NCBI GenBank assembly: GCA_041484665.1 | Contig: JBGPIA010000002.1 | Span: forward strand, 64,001 to 128,000 | Direction of reading: 5' to 3' | Length of the DNA stretch: 64,000 bases | From: Candidatus Krumholzibacteriia bacterium | GTDB taxonomy: Bacteria > Krumholzibacteriota > Krumholzibacteriia > JAJRXK01 | Part shown: one piece after another, positions 1 through 9,217 of the stretch | How positions within the stretch are numbered: the stretch's first letter is position 1 | How the letters are laid out: every line of letters starts with the position of its first letter | Translations under genes and position numbers: made by a program | Notes under the pieces: model-generated | What the model was told of the DNA's origin: nothing | Seen by the model: only the letters and a program-made list of their open reading frames with translations | Database searches by the model: none

Positions 1-594
1 CGCCACCGCGCGCCCGCGTGCACCGCGCTGCTGGCTCTGGCCTGCGCCGTCGCGGCGCTGCCCGCCGCCGCGCGCGCCGTGCAGCCGCTCATCGACCTGG
101 GCACTGGGCGCGGACTCTTCCACGACGTCAAGGCCGTCGAGGTCGGGGACATCGTCACGATCGTCATCGAGGAGTCGGCGACGGCCGACACGCGCGCCAC
201 CACCGATACCAACAACAAGACCGAGGTATCGGGCGGTCCTGGCCTCGGGCTGCTCGACCTGGTGCCGAAGTGGGGGCTGGACAGCGAGAACAAGTACAAG
301 GCCGACGGCAAGAGCACGCGCGGGGGCAGCCTCAGCGCGCGCATCAGCGCCCGGGTGGTCGAGGCGCTCTCCAACGGCCTGCTGCGCATCGAGGGCACGC
401 GGCTGGTGGAGGTCAACAACGAGAAGCAGCTGATCAGCCTCACCGGGCTGATCCGCACCCGGGACCTCCGCGCCGACAACACGATCGCCTCGACCTACGT
501 GGCCGACGCGCAGATCCACTATAGCGGCCGCGGGCCCATTACCAACGCCCACGAGCCCGGCCTGTTCACGCGCATCGTGAACTGGGTCTTCTAG
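1..594 (+). CDS. flgH: Flagellar L-ring protein FlgH (5' end truncated by window)
   Basis: Frame is open from base 1. A hydrophobic leader (TALLALACAVAALPAAARA) precedes LFHDVKAVEVGDIVTIVIEE, VVEALSNGLLRIEG, LTGLIRTRDL..DNTIAS..VADAQI.YSGRG. Directly upstream of flgI. Confidence 0.93.
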   Translation, partial: RHRAPACTALLALACAVAALPAAARAVQPLIDLGTGRGLFHDVKAVEVGDIVTIVIEESATADTRATTDTNNKTEVSGGPGLGLLDLVPKWGLDSENKYKADGKSTRGGSLSARISARVVEALSNGLLRIEGTRLVEVNNEKQLISLTGLIRTRDLRADNTIASTYVADAQIHYSGRGPITNAHEPGLFTRIVNWVF

Positions 595-604
595 GAGGAC
601 GACG

Positions 605-1726
605 TTGACCCGCACGCTCAAGATGCGAGCGGCCTTTGTGCTGGCCGGCGCGTCGCTCTTGCTGGCGTCCGCCGCCGGCGTGGCGCTCGCCGACCGCATC
701 AAGGACATCGCCGCGTTCCAGGGGGACCGCCCGCTGCCGCTGGTGGGCTACGGTCTAGTGGTGGGCCTCTCGGGGACGGGCGACGGTGGGGGGTCGCAGT
801 TCACCAGCCAGAGCCTGGCGGCGATGCTCGAGCAGCTGGGGCTTACCGTGGACCCGGCGCGGCTGCGCGCGCGCAATGTGGCAGCGGTGATCGTGACCTG
901 CGATCTCTGGCCGGGCGTCAACGAGGAGACCGCCGTGGACGTGGCGGTGGCCTCCATCGGCGACGCCAGCAGCCTGCAGGGCGGTACCCTGCTCATGACT
1001 CCGATGCGTGGGCCCGACGGGGATGTCTACGTCGTGGCGCAGGGAGCGGTCTCCATCGGCGGCTACAACGCCGAGGGGGGCGCCAACAACCGCATCCAGA
1101 AGAACCACAGCACCGCCGGCCAGGTCCCCTCCGGGGGACGGGTCGCCCGGCGGGCGCTCGGCTACGAGATCTTGGCCGGGATGGTTCGCCTGGCGCTGCA
1201 CCACCCCGACCTCAACACCGCCCAGCGCATCGCCGAGTGCGTGAACGGCCGGTTCACCGGCGCAGCGCTGGCCCAGGACGCGGGCACCGTGCAGCTGAAC
1301 GTGCCCGTGGCCTACGCCGCGAACCCGGTGGCGTTCCTGGCCGAGGTGGGGGAGCTGCGCGCCGAACCCGACGCGCGCGCCCGCGTCGTGATCAACGAGA
1401 AAACCGGGACGATCGTCGTGGGTGCCGGCGTCACCCTGGGCGAGGCTGCGCTGGCCCACGGCAGCCTCAGCATCGAGATCCGCACGCAGTACGGTGTGAG
1501 CCAGCCCAACTCGTTCAATGAGAGCGGCAAGACGGTCGTGGTGCCCGACGTGCAGACCTCCGTGGAGGAGGGCGCGGCGCACGTCATGCGGGTAGGGGCC
1601 TCGACCACGATCAACGACGTGGTCAACGTGCTCAACGAGATGGGCGCTACACCGCGCGACATCATCGCGATTCTCGAGGCGCTGCGCGCCAGTGGCGCGC
1701 TGCAGGCGGAGCTGGTGGTGCTGTGA
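605..1726 (+). CDS. flgI: Flagellar P-ring protein FlgI
   Basis: Signal peptide, then RIKDIA, LVGYGLVVGLSGTGD, NVAAVIVT, ASIGDASSLQGGTLLMTP, VVINEKTGTIV, ALQAELVVL. Start may be the ATG near 623. Confidence 0.97.
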   Translation: MTRTLKMRAAFVLAGASLLLASAAGVALADRIKDIAAFQGDRPLPLVGYGLVVGLSGTGDGGGSQFTSQSLAAMLEQLGLTVDPARLRARNVAAVIVTCDLWPGVNEETAVDVAVASIGDASSLQGGTLLMTPMRGPDGDVYVVAQGAVSIGGYNAEGGANNRIQKNHSTAGQVPSGGRVARRALGYEILAGMVRLALHHPDLNTAQRIAECVNGRFTGAALAQDAGTVQLNVPVAYAANPVAFLAEVGELRAEPDARARVVINEKTGTIVVGAGVTLGEAALAHGSLSIEIRTQYGVSQPNSFNESGKTVVVPDVQTSVEEGAAHVMRVGASTTINDVVNVLNEMGATPRDIIAILEALRASGALQAELVVL

Positions 1727-2286
1727 GCCCGCCGCCGATGCACGGCCTGTGCTTGCCGGCGGGCGCGCCCGGCGCCGCCCCAGGCCCCGGGCCCTCCGCG
1801 GTCCGCGCCGTGGGCGCCGCGGCGAATGCAGAGGTGCGCGGCGGGCCGCCGGCGCCGGTGGACCCGCGCCTGCACGCCGCAGCCCAGGACTTCGAGGGGC
1901 TGCTGCTGAACCTGCTGCTGTCGGCCATGCGTCAGACCGTTCCGCGCGGCGCGCTGTTTGGCAATAGCAACGAGCTGCGCATGTACGAGCAATTGCGCGA
2001 CGAGGATCTCTCCGCCGGGATGGCCCGCGCGGGCGGGCTGGGTCTGGCACCGCTCATCGAGCAGCAGCTGGCCGGCCAGCCCGCTGCCGCGCAGCAGCTA
2101 CGCGTGGCGCTGGCCGCCGCGCACGACGCAGGACGGCGGTCGTTGGTCCTGGATGCCGCGGGGCGCAGCCCCGCGCTGGCGCCCGCCCCCGCGGTGGGCG
2201 CGCCGGCGCTGTCGGCGGCTGCGCTCGCGCTTGCGCCCGACCCGGACCCAGACCAGGACGCGCCCGGAGCGGATGCGCCATGGTAG
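1723..2286 (+). CDS. flgJ: FlgJ-like rod-binding protein (no muramidase domain)
   Basis: LHAAAQDFEGLLLNLLLSAMRQTVP and MARAGGLGLAPLIEQQL match the FlgJ N-terminal domain. Lies between flgI and flgN/flgK. Confidence 0.8.
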   Translation: MSPPPMHGLCLPAGAPGAAPGPGPSAVRAVGAAANAEVRGGPPAPVDPRLHAAAQDFEGLLLNLLLSAMRQTVPRGALFGNSNELRMYEQLRDEDLSAGMARAGGLGLAPLIEQQLAGQPAAAQQLRVALAAAHDAGRRSLVLDAAGRSPALAPAPAVGAPALSAAALALAPDPDPDQDAPGADAPW

Positions 2287-2789
2287 CCCCGTCGCCTTTG
2301 GCGCTGGACGCGCTGCTGGCCGCCACCGAGGACGAGACCCGCGCCTTCGCCGGCTTGTTGCGCCTGGCTCACCGGCAGCGCCGCTACATGGTGCGCCAGG
2401 ACGTCCGGCGGCTGGCCACGGTCGCCGAGGCGATCGCCGCCCGCGTGCTGCGGGCGCGGGAAGTCGCGGCGCGGCGGCAGGCCGCGCTGCAGGAGATAGC
2501 GGCCGGACTGGGCCGCCCGCCCCACGAGATCGAGCTTCAGCAGCTGGCGCCGGGGGCCGAAAACCCTCAGCGGGTCCGCTTGGAGGCCGCTCTGCGCCGG
2601 CTGTCCGAGGTGGGTGGGCGGCTCTACCGGGCGAACACGCAGAATCACCTGCTCGCCCGCTTCTCCCTGGACCTGCTCGCCGAGCAGCAGCGCCTGGTGC
2701 TGGGGGAGACCGGTGCAGCAGGCCACTACGATTGCAGCGGTGCGGCGACGCGCCCCGCCGCCCGGGGCGCCATCGACGGGAGGGCCTAG
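2280..2789 (+). CDS. flgN: FlgN-like flagellar export chaperone
   Basis: Helical 169-aa protein with N..N..L..FSLD.L and a C-terminal Y...G...IDGRA pattern. Immediately precedes flgK. Confidence 0.75.
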   Translation: MVAPSPLALDALLAATEDETRAFAGLLRLAHRQRRYMVRQDVRRLATVAEAIAARVLRAREVAARRQAALQEIAAGLGRPPHEIELQQLAPGAENPQRVRLEAALRRLSEVGGRLYRANTQNHLLARFSLDLLAEQQRLVLGETGAAGHYDCSGAATRPAARGAIDGRA

Positions 2790-2790
2790 C

Positions 2791-4173
2791 GTGCTGGGAG
2801 CCAGCCTGTTCGAGATCATGGACGTGGGCATCAGCGGCATGTTCGCCAGCGGGTTGGCCACGGGTCTGCTCAACCACAACATCGCCAACGCCAACACGCC
2901 GGGGTACTCGCGGCAGCGCCTGCAGATCTCCGCCGCCCATCCGTTGCGCACGCTCGTGGGATCGCTGGGGCGCGGCGTCGAGATCACGGGCGTGAACCGC
3001 GTCACCGACGACTTCCTGCAACGCCAGCTCCTGGAGCAGACCTCGGCGCTGGGCACCTACTCTGCCATCAATGGCTCGCTCTCCTCGGTGGAGGAGATCA
3101 TGGGGTCGGTGCAGGACGACCGCATCGGCGGCGCGATGTCGGCCTTCTTCAACGCCTGGTCTGACCTCTCGACCCCGCCCGTGGACGCCGCCGCTAAACA
3201 GTCGGTGGTGAACGCGGCGGACGCGCTCGCGCTGCAGCTGCGTGAGGTCGATACCGGGCTCAAGCAGGTCATCCAGCAGACGCGCGACGCGGTGGCCGGG
3301 AAAGTCAACGACGTCAACCGCCTGCTCACCCAGGTCGGCGTCTTCAACCAGCGCATCCTCGAGCAGAGCTCCGCGGGCTCGCCCCCCAACGACCTGCTCG
3401 ACCAGCGCGACCAGGTCATCGCCGAACTCTCCCAGCAGATGCGCCTGCGGGTGCTCCCGCGCGGTGACGGCTCCGTCGACGTCGTGATGGAGGGCCGCAC
3501 CGTCGTGACGCGCGACCAGGTCACGCCACTACGGCTGGTCTCCACGATCGAGTCCAACGGGAGCACCACGCTCGGAGTGCGCGTCGGGAGCGCCGAGGGC
3601 CAGCCCGTGACCACCGTGCAAGGGGAGATCGCGGGCCTGCTGCGCGTGCACAACGATGGTCTGGCACGGATGCAGCAGGGGCTCGACGACCTGGCGCAGC
3701 GGCTGATCAGCGGCGTGAACGCACTGCAGCGCCAGGGCCGCGTGCCCGGCGGGGCAGGCGTGGACCTCTTCGAGGGCACGGGTGCGGGGGACATCGCGGT
3801 GCGCAAGGAGGTGGCCGACGACGCTTCCCTGATCGCCACCGGACGCAGCGGCGAGCCGGGAGACAACTCCATCGCCCTGGAAATCGCCCAGCTGGGCGAT
3901 GTGGCGGACGCTTCGGATGGCCTCTCCCTCCACGAGCGGTACAACAAGGTGTTGGTGGACCTGGCGTCGCAGCGCAGCACATTCTCGACGCTGGCGGACG
4001 CGCAACGCAACATCGTCCAGGGCGTCTCGAGCCGGCTGGAGAGCGTGCGTGGCGTGAGCATCGATGAGGAGACGGCCGACCTCATCCGCTTCCAGAAGTC
4101 CTTCGAGGCCAACGCGCGCGTGATCAGCGCCGTCAACGAGATGCTCGACACGATCATCAACCAGATGATCTGA
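2791..4173 (+). CDS. flgK: Hook-associated protein FlgK
   Basis: HNIANANTPGYSRQR, LGRGVEITGVNR, NDLLDQRD, GVSIDEETADLIRFQKSFEANARVIS. GTG start at 2791 chosen, just after the flgN stop. Confidence 0.95.
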   Translation: MLGASLFEIMDVGISGMFASGLATGLLNHNIANANTPGYSRQRLQISAAHPLRTLVGSLGRGVEITGVNRVTDDFLQRQLLEQTSALGTYSAINGSLSSVEEIMGSVQDDRIGGAMSAFFNAWSDLSTPPVDAAAKQSVVNAADALALQLREVDTGLKQVIQQTRDAVAGKVNDVNRLLTQVGVFNQRILEQSSAGSPPNDLLDQRDQVIAELSQQMRLRVLPRGDGSVDVVMEGRTVVTRDQVTPLRLVSTIESNGSTTLGVRVGSAEGQPVTTVQGEIAGLLRVHNDGLARMQQGLDDLAQRLISGVNALQRQGRVPGGAGVDLFEGTGAGDIAVRKEVADDASLIATGRSGEPGDNSIALEIAQLGDVADASDGLSLHERYNKVLVDLASQRSTFSTLADAQRNIVQGVSSRLESVRGVSIDEETADLIRFQKSFEANARVISAVNEMLDTIINQMI

Positions 4174-4207
4174 CGGCGCCCCGCGGCGCAGGCAGGCGAG
4201 AGAACCG

Positions 4208-5734
4208 ATGCGGATCACGCAGTCCCAATTGGCGCAGCAGGCGGTCTTCGACATCGGCCAGGCGCTCAGCCGTCTGACCGAGTACCGGCTGCAGCTCTCC
4301 TCCCAGCGGCGGATCAACAGCTTCGCCGACGATCCGCGCGGCGTCGGTGCCGCGCAGCGCTACCGCATCCTCACCTCGAGCAACGACCAGTACCTGCGCA
4401 ACGCGTCCAGCGCGACGACCTTCCTCGATGCCACGGACAGCGCCCTGCAGCAGATGGCCGACGCCGTCAGTGGTCTGCGCGAGCTGGTGCTGCGCCAGAC
4501 GGGACCGGTGGCCAACGATCAGACGCGCTCGGCGGCCGCCGGAGAGGCGGCGCAGCTGCGCGACCAGGTGCTGGCGATCGTCAACCAGACCGTCGAGGGC
4601 GGCTACCTGTTCGGCGGCTTCCGCACCCGCAACGCACCATTCGTGCTGCAGGGCGGTCAGGTGACCTACGCCGGGGACGACGGCGTCCAGATGGTCCAGA
4701 TCGGACCGACGCTGCGCGTGATGGCAAACCTGCCGGGCAGCGCGCTGCTGGGCAGCGACCACGCGGCGCTGTCGGGCAGCGTCGACCTGCGGCCGCGGCT
4801 GGCCGGCACGACGCTCCTGACTTCGATGGGCGGCGGTGCGGGGTTCTCCGGAGGCTCCCTCCACGTTACCGACGGCCTGGGCGCTGGCGCCGACATCAAC
4901 TTGAGCGGAGCGGCCACGGTGCAGGACGTGCTGGACGCCTTCAACGGCTCCGGCCTGGCCGTGACGGCCCGCATCTCCGACGATGAGACCGGGATTACGC
5001 TGGAGGGCAGCGGGTCGCTCACGGTGGCCGAGGTGGCGGGAGGCAGCGCTGCCCAGCAACTGGGGCTGCTGGGCACCACATCCAGCGGAGCGCTGGTCGG
5101 GCGCGACGTCCGCGCCGCGCTCACGCTGGCCACCCCCTGGGCGCAGATGCGGGCGCTGGACGGCAAGTCGCTCGGGACGCTGCGCATCATCATCGGTGGC
5201 GTCGCAACCGACGTCGATCTGAGCGCAGCGGCCAACCTGGGCGATGCGCGCAACGCCATCCGGGCGCTGAATCCCGACATGGACCTGCAGATCGACCGCG
5301 GCGCGGTGCGCCTGGTCTACGCCCAGGCCAAACCGTTCCAGGTGTCCAGCCCCAGCGGCGACACCACGGCGGATGCCCTGGGCGTGGTGGGCAACGCGAC
5401 CCCCACGCGCCTGTTCGGAGCGTTCGCGGACGTGATCGCCGCGCTGCAATCCGGCGACGTGTCCGCTCTCCGGCAGACGCTCGCCGAGATCGAGGACGTG
5501 CACGCCGGGTTGTTGCGTCAGGATGTGTCGATCGGCGCGCATCAGAACCTCGTGGCGAACGCCGGCCAGCTGCTGCGCGCCCGCAACGAGTCGCTGCAGC
5601 TGCGCCGCAGCTCCATTGAGGACGCCGATCTGGTGGACGCTGCCACGAATGCGTCGTTCGCGGAGGCCGCCTATCAAGCGGCGCTGGCCGCCAGCTCGCG
5701 CATCTTCAACCTGTCCCTGGCCAGCTACCTCTAG
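4208..5734 (+). CDS. flgL: Hook-associated protein FlgL with a duplicated central insert
   Basis: MRIT start, QLSS..RIN..ADDP, GGYLFGG, C-terminal IEDADL..A..YQAALA..SRIFNLSLASYL. Follows flgK. Confidence 0.93.
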   Translation: MRITQSQLAQQAVFDIGQALSRLTEYRLQLSSQRRINSFADDPRGVGAAQRYRILTSSNDQYLRNASSATTFLDATDSALQQMADAVSGLRELVLRQTGPVANDQTRSAAAGEAAQLRDQVLAIVNQTVEGGYLFGGFRTRNAPFVLQGGQVTYAGDDGVQMVQIGPTLRVMANLPGSALLGSDHAALSGSVDLRPRLAGTTLLTSMGGGAGFSGGSLHVTDGLGAGADINLSGAATVQDVLDAFNGSGLAVTARISDDETGITLEGSGSLTVAEVAGGSAAQQLGLLGTTSSGALVGRDVRAALTLATPWAQMRALDGKSLGTLRIIIGGVATDVDLSAAANLGDARNAIRALNPDMDLQIDRGAVRLVYAQAKPFQVSSPSGDTTADALGVVGNATPTRLFGAFADVIAALQSGDVSALRQTLAEIEDVHAGLLRQDVSIGAHQNLVANAGQLLRARNESLQLRRSSIEDADLVDAATNASFAEAAYQAALAASSRIFNLSLASYL

Positions 5735-5761
5735 GCGGCGCTTCTAGAGCGAAAGGACGCC

Positions 5762-6250
5762 ATGCGCATCGAGACGCTGCGCTTTGGAACACTGGAGATC
5801 GATCCGGCTGTGCTGATCACGCTGCCGTCGGGCCTGATCGGCTTGCCGCAGCGCAAGCGCTTCGTGGTGCTCGAGCTGGAGGGTGGCGCGCCGCTTGGCT
5901 GGCTGCAGTGCGTCGACGACCCGTCGTTCGGCGTGCCGGTGGCCGATCCCGGGGTCTTCCGTGCCGACTACCGCATCGCAGTCGCGGCGGAGGAGGTCGC
6001 CGAGATCACACTCGACACCGTCGAGGACGCCGCGATCCTGATCGTGACGACCATCGCGCCCGGTGGCACGCAGGTCACGGGCAACCTGCGCGCGCCCATC
6101 CTGATCAACGCGCACAAGCGCCTCGGGCGCCAGGTGGTGCTCGACCGCCCCGACCTGGAGTTCCGCGTGCCCGTGGACCCGGTGCTGTTCGCCGCCGCCA
6201 GCGGCCGGTTCGAGCCGAGCCTCGCCGCCGCGCCGGCCGCCGCACGCTAG
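5762..6250 (+). CDS. fliW: Flagellar assembly factor FliW
   Basis: IETLRFG.LEID, P.GLIG, WLQ..DDP, GNLRAPILIN, GRQVVL. Adjacent to csrA. Confidence 0.93.
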   Translation: MRIETLRFGTLEIDPAVLITLPSGLIGLPQRKRFVVLELEGGAPLGWLQCVDDPSFGVPVADPGVFRADYRIAVAAEEVAEITLDTVEDAAILIVTTIAPGGTQVTGNLRAPILINAHKRLGRQVVLDRPDLEFRVPVDPVLFAAASGRFEPSLAAAPAAAR

Positions 6251-6286
6251 CCCCAGCCCCCGCGCACCCGCGACAGGGAGGTCGTG

Positions 6287-6565
6287 GTGCTCGTCCTGAG
6301 TCGCAAGCGCAACGAGAAGATCATGATCGGCGACTCGATCACGATCGTCGTGCTCGACGTCCACGGCGACCAGGTGCAACTGGGAATCGACGCGCCGCGG
6401 GAGATCCCTGTCCACCGCTACGAGATCTACCAGACGATCCGCCGCGTCACGGAGGAGGCGGCGCGCTCGGCGCGGGAGGATCTGGAGCGGCTCAAGCCGA
6501 AGGGACCCGACACGCCCGCCGCGCCACCGTCTTTGGCCGACGACTCCGCGCCGGGGGAGCGCTAG
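6287..6565 (+). CDS. csrA: Carbon storage regulator CsrA with C-terminal extension
   Basis: MLVLSRK..E.IMIGD.I.I.VL...[24 protein letters not shown] at 6287 gives the canonical MLVL start. Confidence 0.97.
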   Translation: MLVLSRKRNEKIMIGDSITIVVLDVHGDQVQLGIDAPREIPVHRYEIYQTIRRVTEEAARSAREDLERLKPKGPDTPAAPPSLADDSAPGER

Positions 6566-6912
6566 ACGCGCTGATCGAGCAGCTCGGGCGAGCTGTGGGC
6601 TTCGCGCCAGGGATTGCCGCGGCGTGCCCGCAGCGCGCCCAGCGCGGCGACGATCTCCGCCTTGCCCACCACCAGCATCCCCAGCAGCTCATTCTCCAGC
6701 GCGCGCAAGGAGGCTCCCAGCGCGGCGTCCGCGGGATCCGGTGCCGCGCCCGACGCGCGGGCGCCCTCCGCAGCGGCCAAGAGCGCGCCACGGGCCTCCA
6801 AGAGCGTCGCGCAGGCCGGCAGATCGCCCGCCCGCGCACAGTCCAGCATCCGCTGGGTGAGCTCGACGGCTCGCCGCACTGGCGCGTGCGGGCTGCCGGG
6901 GTGCGCGCTCAT
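6562..6912 (-). CDS. fliT: FliT-like chaperone (putative)
   Basis: Small helical protein directly downstream of fliS with an ATGA overlap. LT.RML..A..GD....LLEARG.LL resembles FliT. Confidence 0.55.
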   Translation of the reverse strand: MSAHPGSPHAPVRRAVELTQRMLDCARAGDLPACATLLEARGALLAAAEGARASGAAPDPADAALGASLRALENELLGMLVVGKAEIVAALGALRARRGNPWREAHSSPELLDQRV

Positions 6913-7355
6913 GCGCGCAGCGACAGCCCCGCGTGCTCGGCGATGGAGGCCGGCGCCGCGGCGGGCAGGGGCGGGGGTGCTTGCTCGAGGCAGTCGATCG
7001 CCTTGCGCCAGCCCGCCAGCAGGGTGCTCAGGACCTCAATTGCGGCGCGCAGCGGTTTCGCATCGTTGCCTACGTTGGCCAGGGCGAGCTGGCGATCGAC
7101 GAAGTCATAGAGGGCGGCCAGGCGCTCCGCGAGCTCGCCGCCCACCTCGTGGTCGAGGGCGTTGCGCAGCTCGTGGACGATGCGGCTCGCGCGGTTGATC
7201 ATCATGCCGCGCTGCGGGATGTCGCCCTGGGCGATGGCCTGCGCGGCGTGCTCGGCGAAGCGGATGGCCCCCTCGTAGAGCAGCACGATCAGTCGCTGTT
7301 GGGACTGCGTCTCCACGTTGGTCTCGTGGTAGATCGCGACGTGGTTCGCGTACAT
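6909..7355 (-). CDS. fliS: Flagellin chaperone FliS
   Basis: Y....VET.SQ.RLIVLLYEGAIRF, I..EL..ALD.E.GGELA..L.ALYDF, L..GW. Confidence 0.96.
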   Translation of the reverse strand: MYANHVAIYHETNVETQSQQRLIVLLYEGAIRFAEHAAQAIAQGDIPQRGMMINRASRIVHELRNALDHEVGGELAERLAALYDFVDRQLALANVGNDAKPLRAAIEVLSTLLAGWRKAIDCLEQAPPPLPAAAPASIAEHAGLSLRA

Positions 7356-7421
7356 CGACCCGTCCTTCTGCCGGCATCGTCCCCGCGAGCGGACGCGCCG
7401 ATCGCTTCCGACTCGCGCCGC

Positions 7422-8750
7422 CTAGCCGGTGGTCGACCTGGAGCTCAGGAAGCTGCTCTGGGCCTGCAGCCCGCTGATGATGCTCTCCATCGCGGCGAAC
7501 TTGCGCCTGAGGTACTCCTCGTAGTCGCTGGCGCTCTGCTCCTGCCGATTGATCGTCTGATCGAGCTGCTTGATCCGCTCGTTCATGGAGTCGGTGCTGT
7601 TCTTGAACAGGCCGCTCGCGAGATCGGTGATGCTGCCGATGGCCGTATCCATCTGGGCCGCCATGCCCGAGACGCCGCCCTCGGACACGAACAGCCGGAC
7701 GGCGCTCTCGAAGTCCTTGCCGAGCGCGTCGTCTAGCTTTTGGCTGTCGATCTTGAGGGTGCCATCGTTCTCGAGCTTGAGGCCCACGTCGCCCACGATG
7801 CGGAAGTCCCCACCGGTTGCGACGACGCCGATCGTGATGCCACCCAGCGTGTTTTGCACCGTGCGCAGCAGCGAGTCGCCCTGCAACGTGCTGCCCTTCG
7901 CCGACTGGTCGTTGATCAGCTTGACCACATCGTTGTAGGCGCTGACGAAGTCCTGCAGCTTGGTCTTGAGCGCGGCATCGTTGCGGCCAACGCCGAGGAT
8001 CACCGGTTCGGTATCCAGCGTGTCCTTCTTGAGCGTGAGGGTCACGCCATCGATCGCTCCGGCGATGGTGTTGGATGCGCTGGTGACGGTGATGCCATCG
8101 ATGTCGAGCTCCGCGTCGGCCGCGCTCACGGTTTCGCTGAAGGCGGGGACCGTTCCACCGCTCAGGCCGCTGGCATCGAAGGTGATGGCGTTGGCCTGCC
8201 CCGTCTGCTTGCCCGTGACCACGAGACGGTAGGGGTTGGTGCCGCCCACATTGATGATCGAGGCCGTCACCGCGGCGCCGCTCTGGTTGAGCTTGTCGCG
8301 CAGATCGGTCAGGGCGCTGGCGCCCAAGTCGAGGGTGACGGTGGTGGTGGTGCCGTCGATGGTCAGCTTGAAGGTGCCGGCGCCGACGCTGTTACTGACG
8401 GCCGCGAAGCCCTGGCTGATGCTACGCTCGGCCGTGGCCAGCTGCACGACGTCGATCTCGTAGCTGCTCATGGCAGCGCCGGTGGTGGCCGTGGCCGTGA
8501 GCGATGTCTCGTCACTGCTCGAGGCGGTGGTGCTCACGAACTCGGCGCGCGTATCCAGCGCCTTGGCCTTGTCGCGCAGCGCCAGCAGCTTGCTCTTGAG
8601 GCTGTCGAGGATGGTCTGGCGCTTGCCCAGTTGGGTCTTGGTGTTCTGGAGGGTCGTGATGGGCTGGCGGCGCAGCTCCATCAGCTTCGTGATGATCAGA
8701 TTGGTGTCCAGGCCGCTGGCCAGGCCGCCGAATGTGACGGGCGAGGGCAC
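7422..8750 (-). CDS. fliD: Filament cap protein FliD
   Basis: FGGLASGLDT..II.KLM, V.QLA.A, SNTI..AIDGVTLTL, FVSAYN, L.GDS.LR, LR.KF.AME. AGGAGG RBS upstream. Confidence 0.96.
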   Translation of the reverse strand: MPSPVTFGGLASGLDTNLIITKLMELRRQPITTLQNTKTQLGKRQTILDSLKSKLLALRDKAKALDTRAEFVSTTASSSDETSLTATATTGAAMSSYEIDVVQLATAERSISQGFAAVSNSVGAGTFKLTIDGTTTTVTLDLGASALTDLRDKLNQSGAAVTASIINVGGTNPYRLVVTGKQTGQANAITFDASGLSGGTVPAFSETVSAADAELDIDGITVTSASNTIAGAIDGVTLTLKKDTLDTEPVILGVGRNDAALKTKLQDFVSAYNDVVKLINDQSAKGSTLQGDSLLRTVQNTLGGITIGVVATGGDFRIVGDVGLKLENDGTLKIDSQKLDDALGKDFESAVRLFVSEGGVSGMAAQMDTAIGSITDLASGLFKNSTDSMNERIKQLDQTINRQEQSASDYEEYLRRKFAAMESIISGLQAQSSFLSSRSTTG

Positions 8751-8812
8751 GGTGATTCCTCCTGGGCTCTAAGCCGGCGTGCGCGCTCTACCTAGGCGCC
8801 GCTGCGCCCTGT

Positions 8813-9145
8813 TCAGCTCTTGCCATCGAACAGCAGACCGCGCAGCGATTCCAGCTGGGCCGCCACATCCAGGAGCGCCTGGGGCGGGATCTGCTCGATC
8901 ACCTGGTCGGTCGTGCCGTCGATGATCTCGAACACGTAGCGCGCGGCGCTTTCGTCGTAATGGACCCGCACGCCCTTGCCTTCCGAACGTGGCCGTTCGT
9001 CCTGGGCACGCTGCTCCGCCACCGACGGCGCGGGGGTGGCGGCGGGTCCCTCCGCTGCGGACGCGCCGTGGGCTTGGGGGCCGATGGTCGGGTGGGGGGC
9101 CGCCACCTGACCGCTGAGGCGGGGCATGACGCTGAGGCTGTTCAT
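8813..9145 (-). CDS. flaG: FlaG family protein
   Basis: YVFEIID..T.QVIEQIPP..LL..A..L..L.GLLFD. Lies between fliC and fliD. Confidence 0.9.
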   Translation of the reverse strand: MNSLSVMPRLSGQVAAPHPTIGPQAHGASAAEGPAATPAPSVAEQRAQDERPRSEGKGVRVHYDESAARYVFEIIDGTTDQVIEQIPPQALLDVAAQLESLRGLLFDGKS

Positions 9146-9169
9146 CTCGTCCCTCCTGGCCGAAGGCGG

Positions 9170-9195
9170 CCCCCGGGCCCTGGCGGGCCCGGGGG
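9170..9195 (-). terminator. GC-rich stem-loop after fliC (mRNA stabiliser or partial terminator)
   Basis: Perfect 11-bp inverted repeat CCCCCGGGCCC-TGGC-GGGCCCGGGGG in the fliC-flaG gap. No U-tract. Confidence 0.55.
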
Positions 9196-9217
9196 GAGTC
9201 GGACCGCAGCCAACGTG

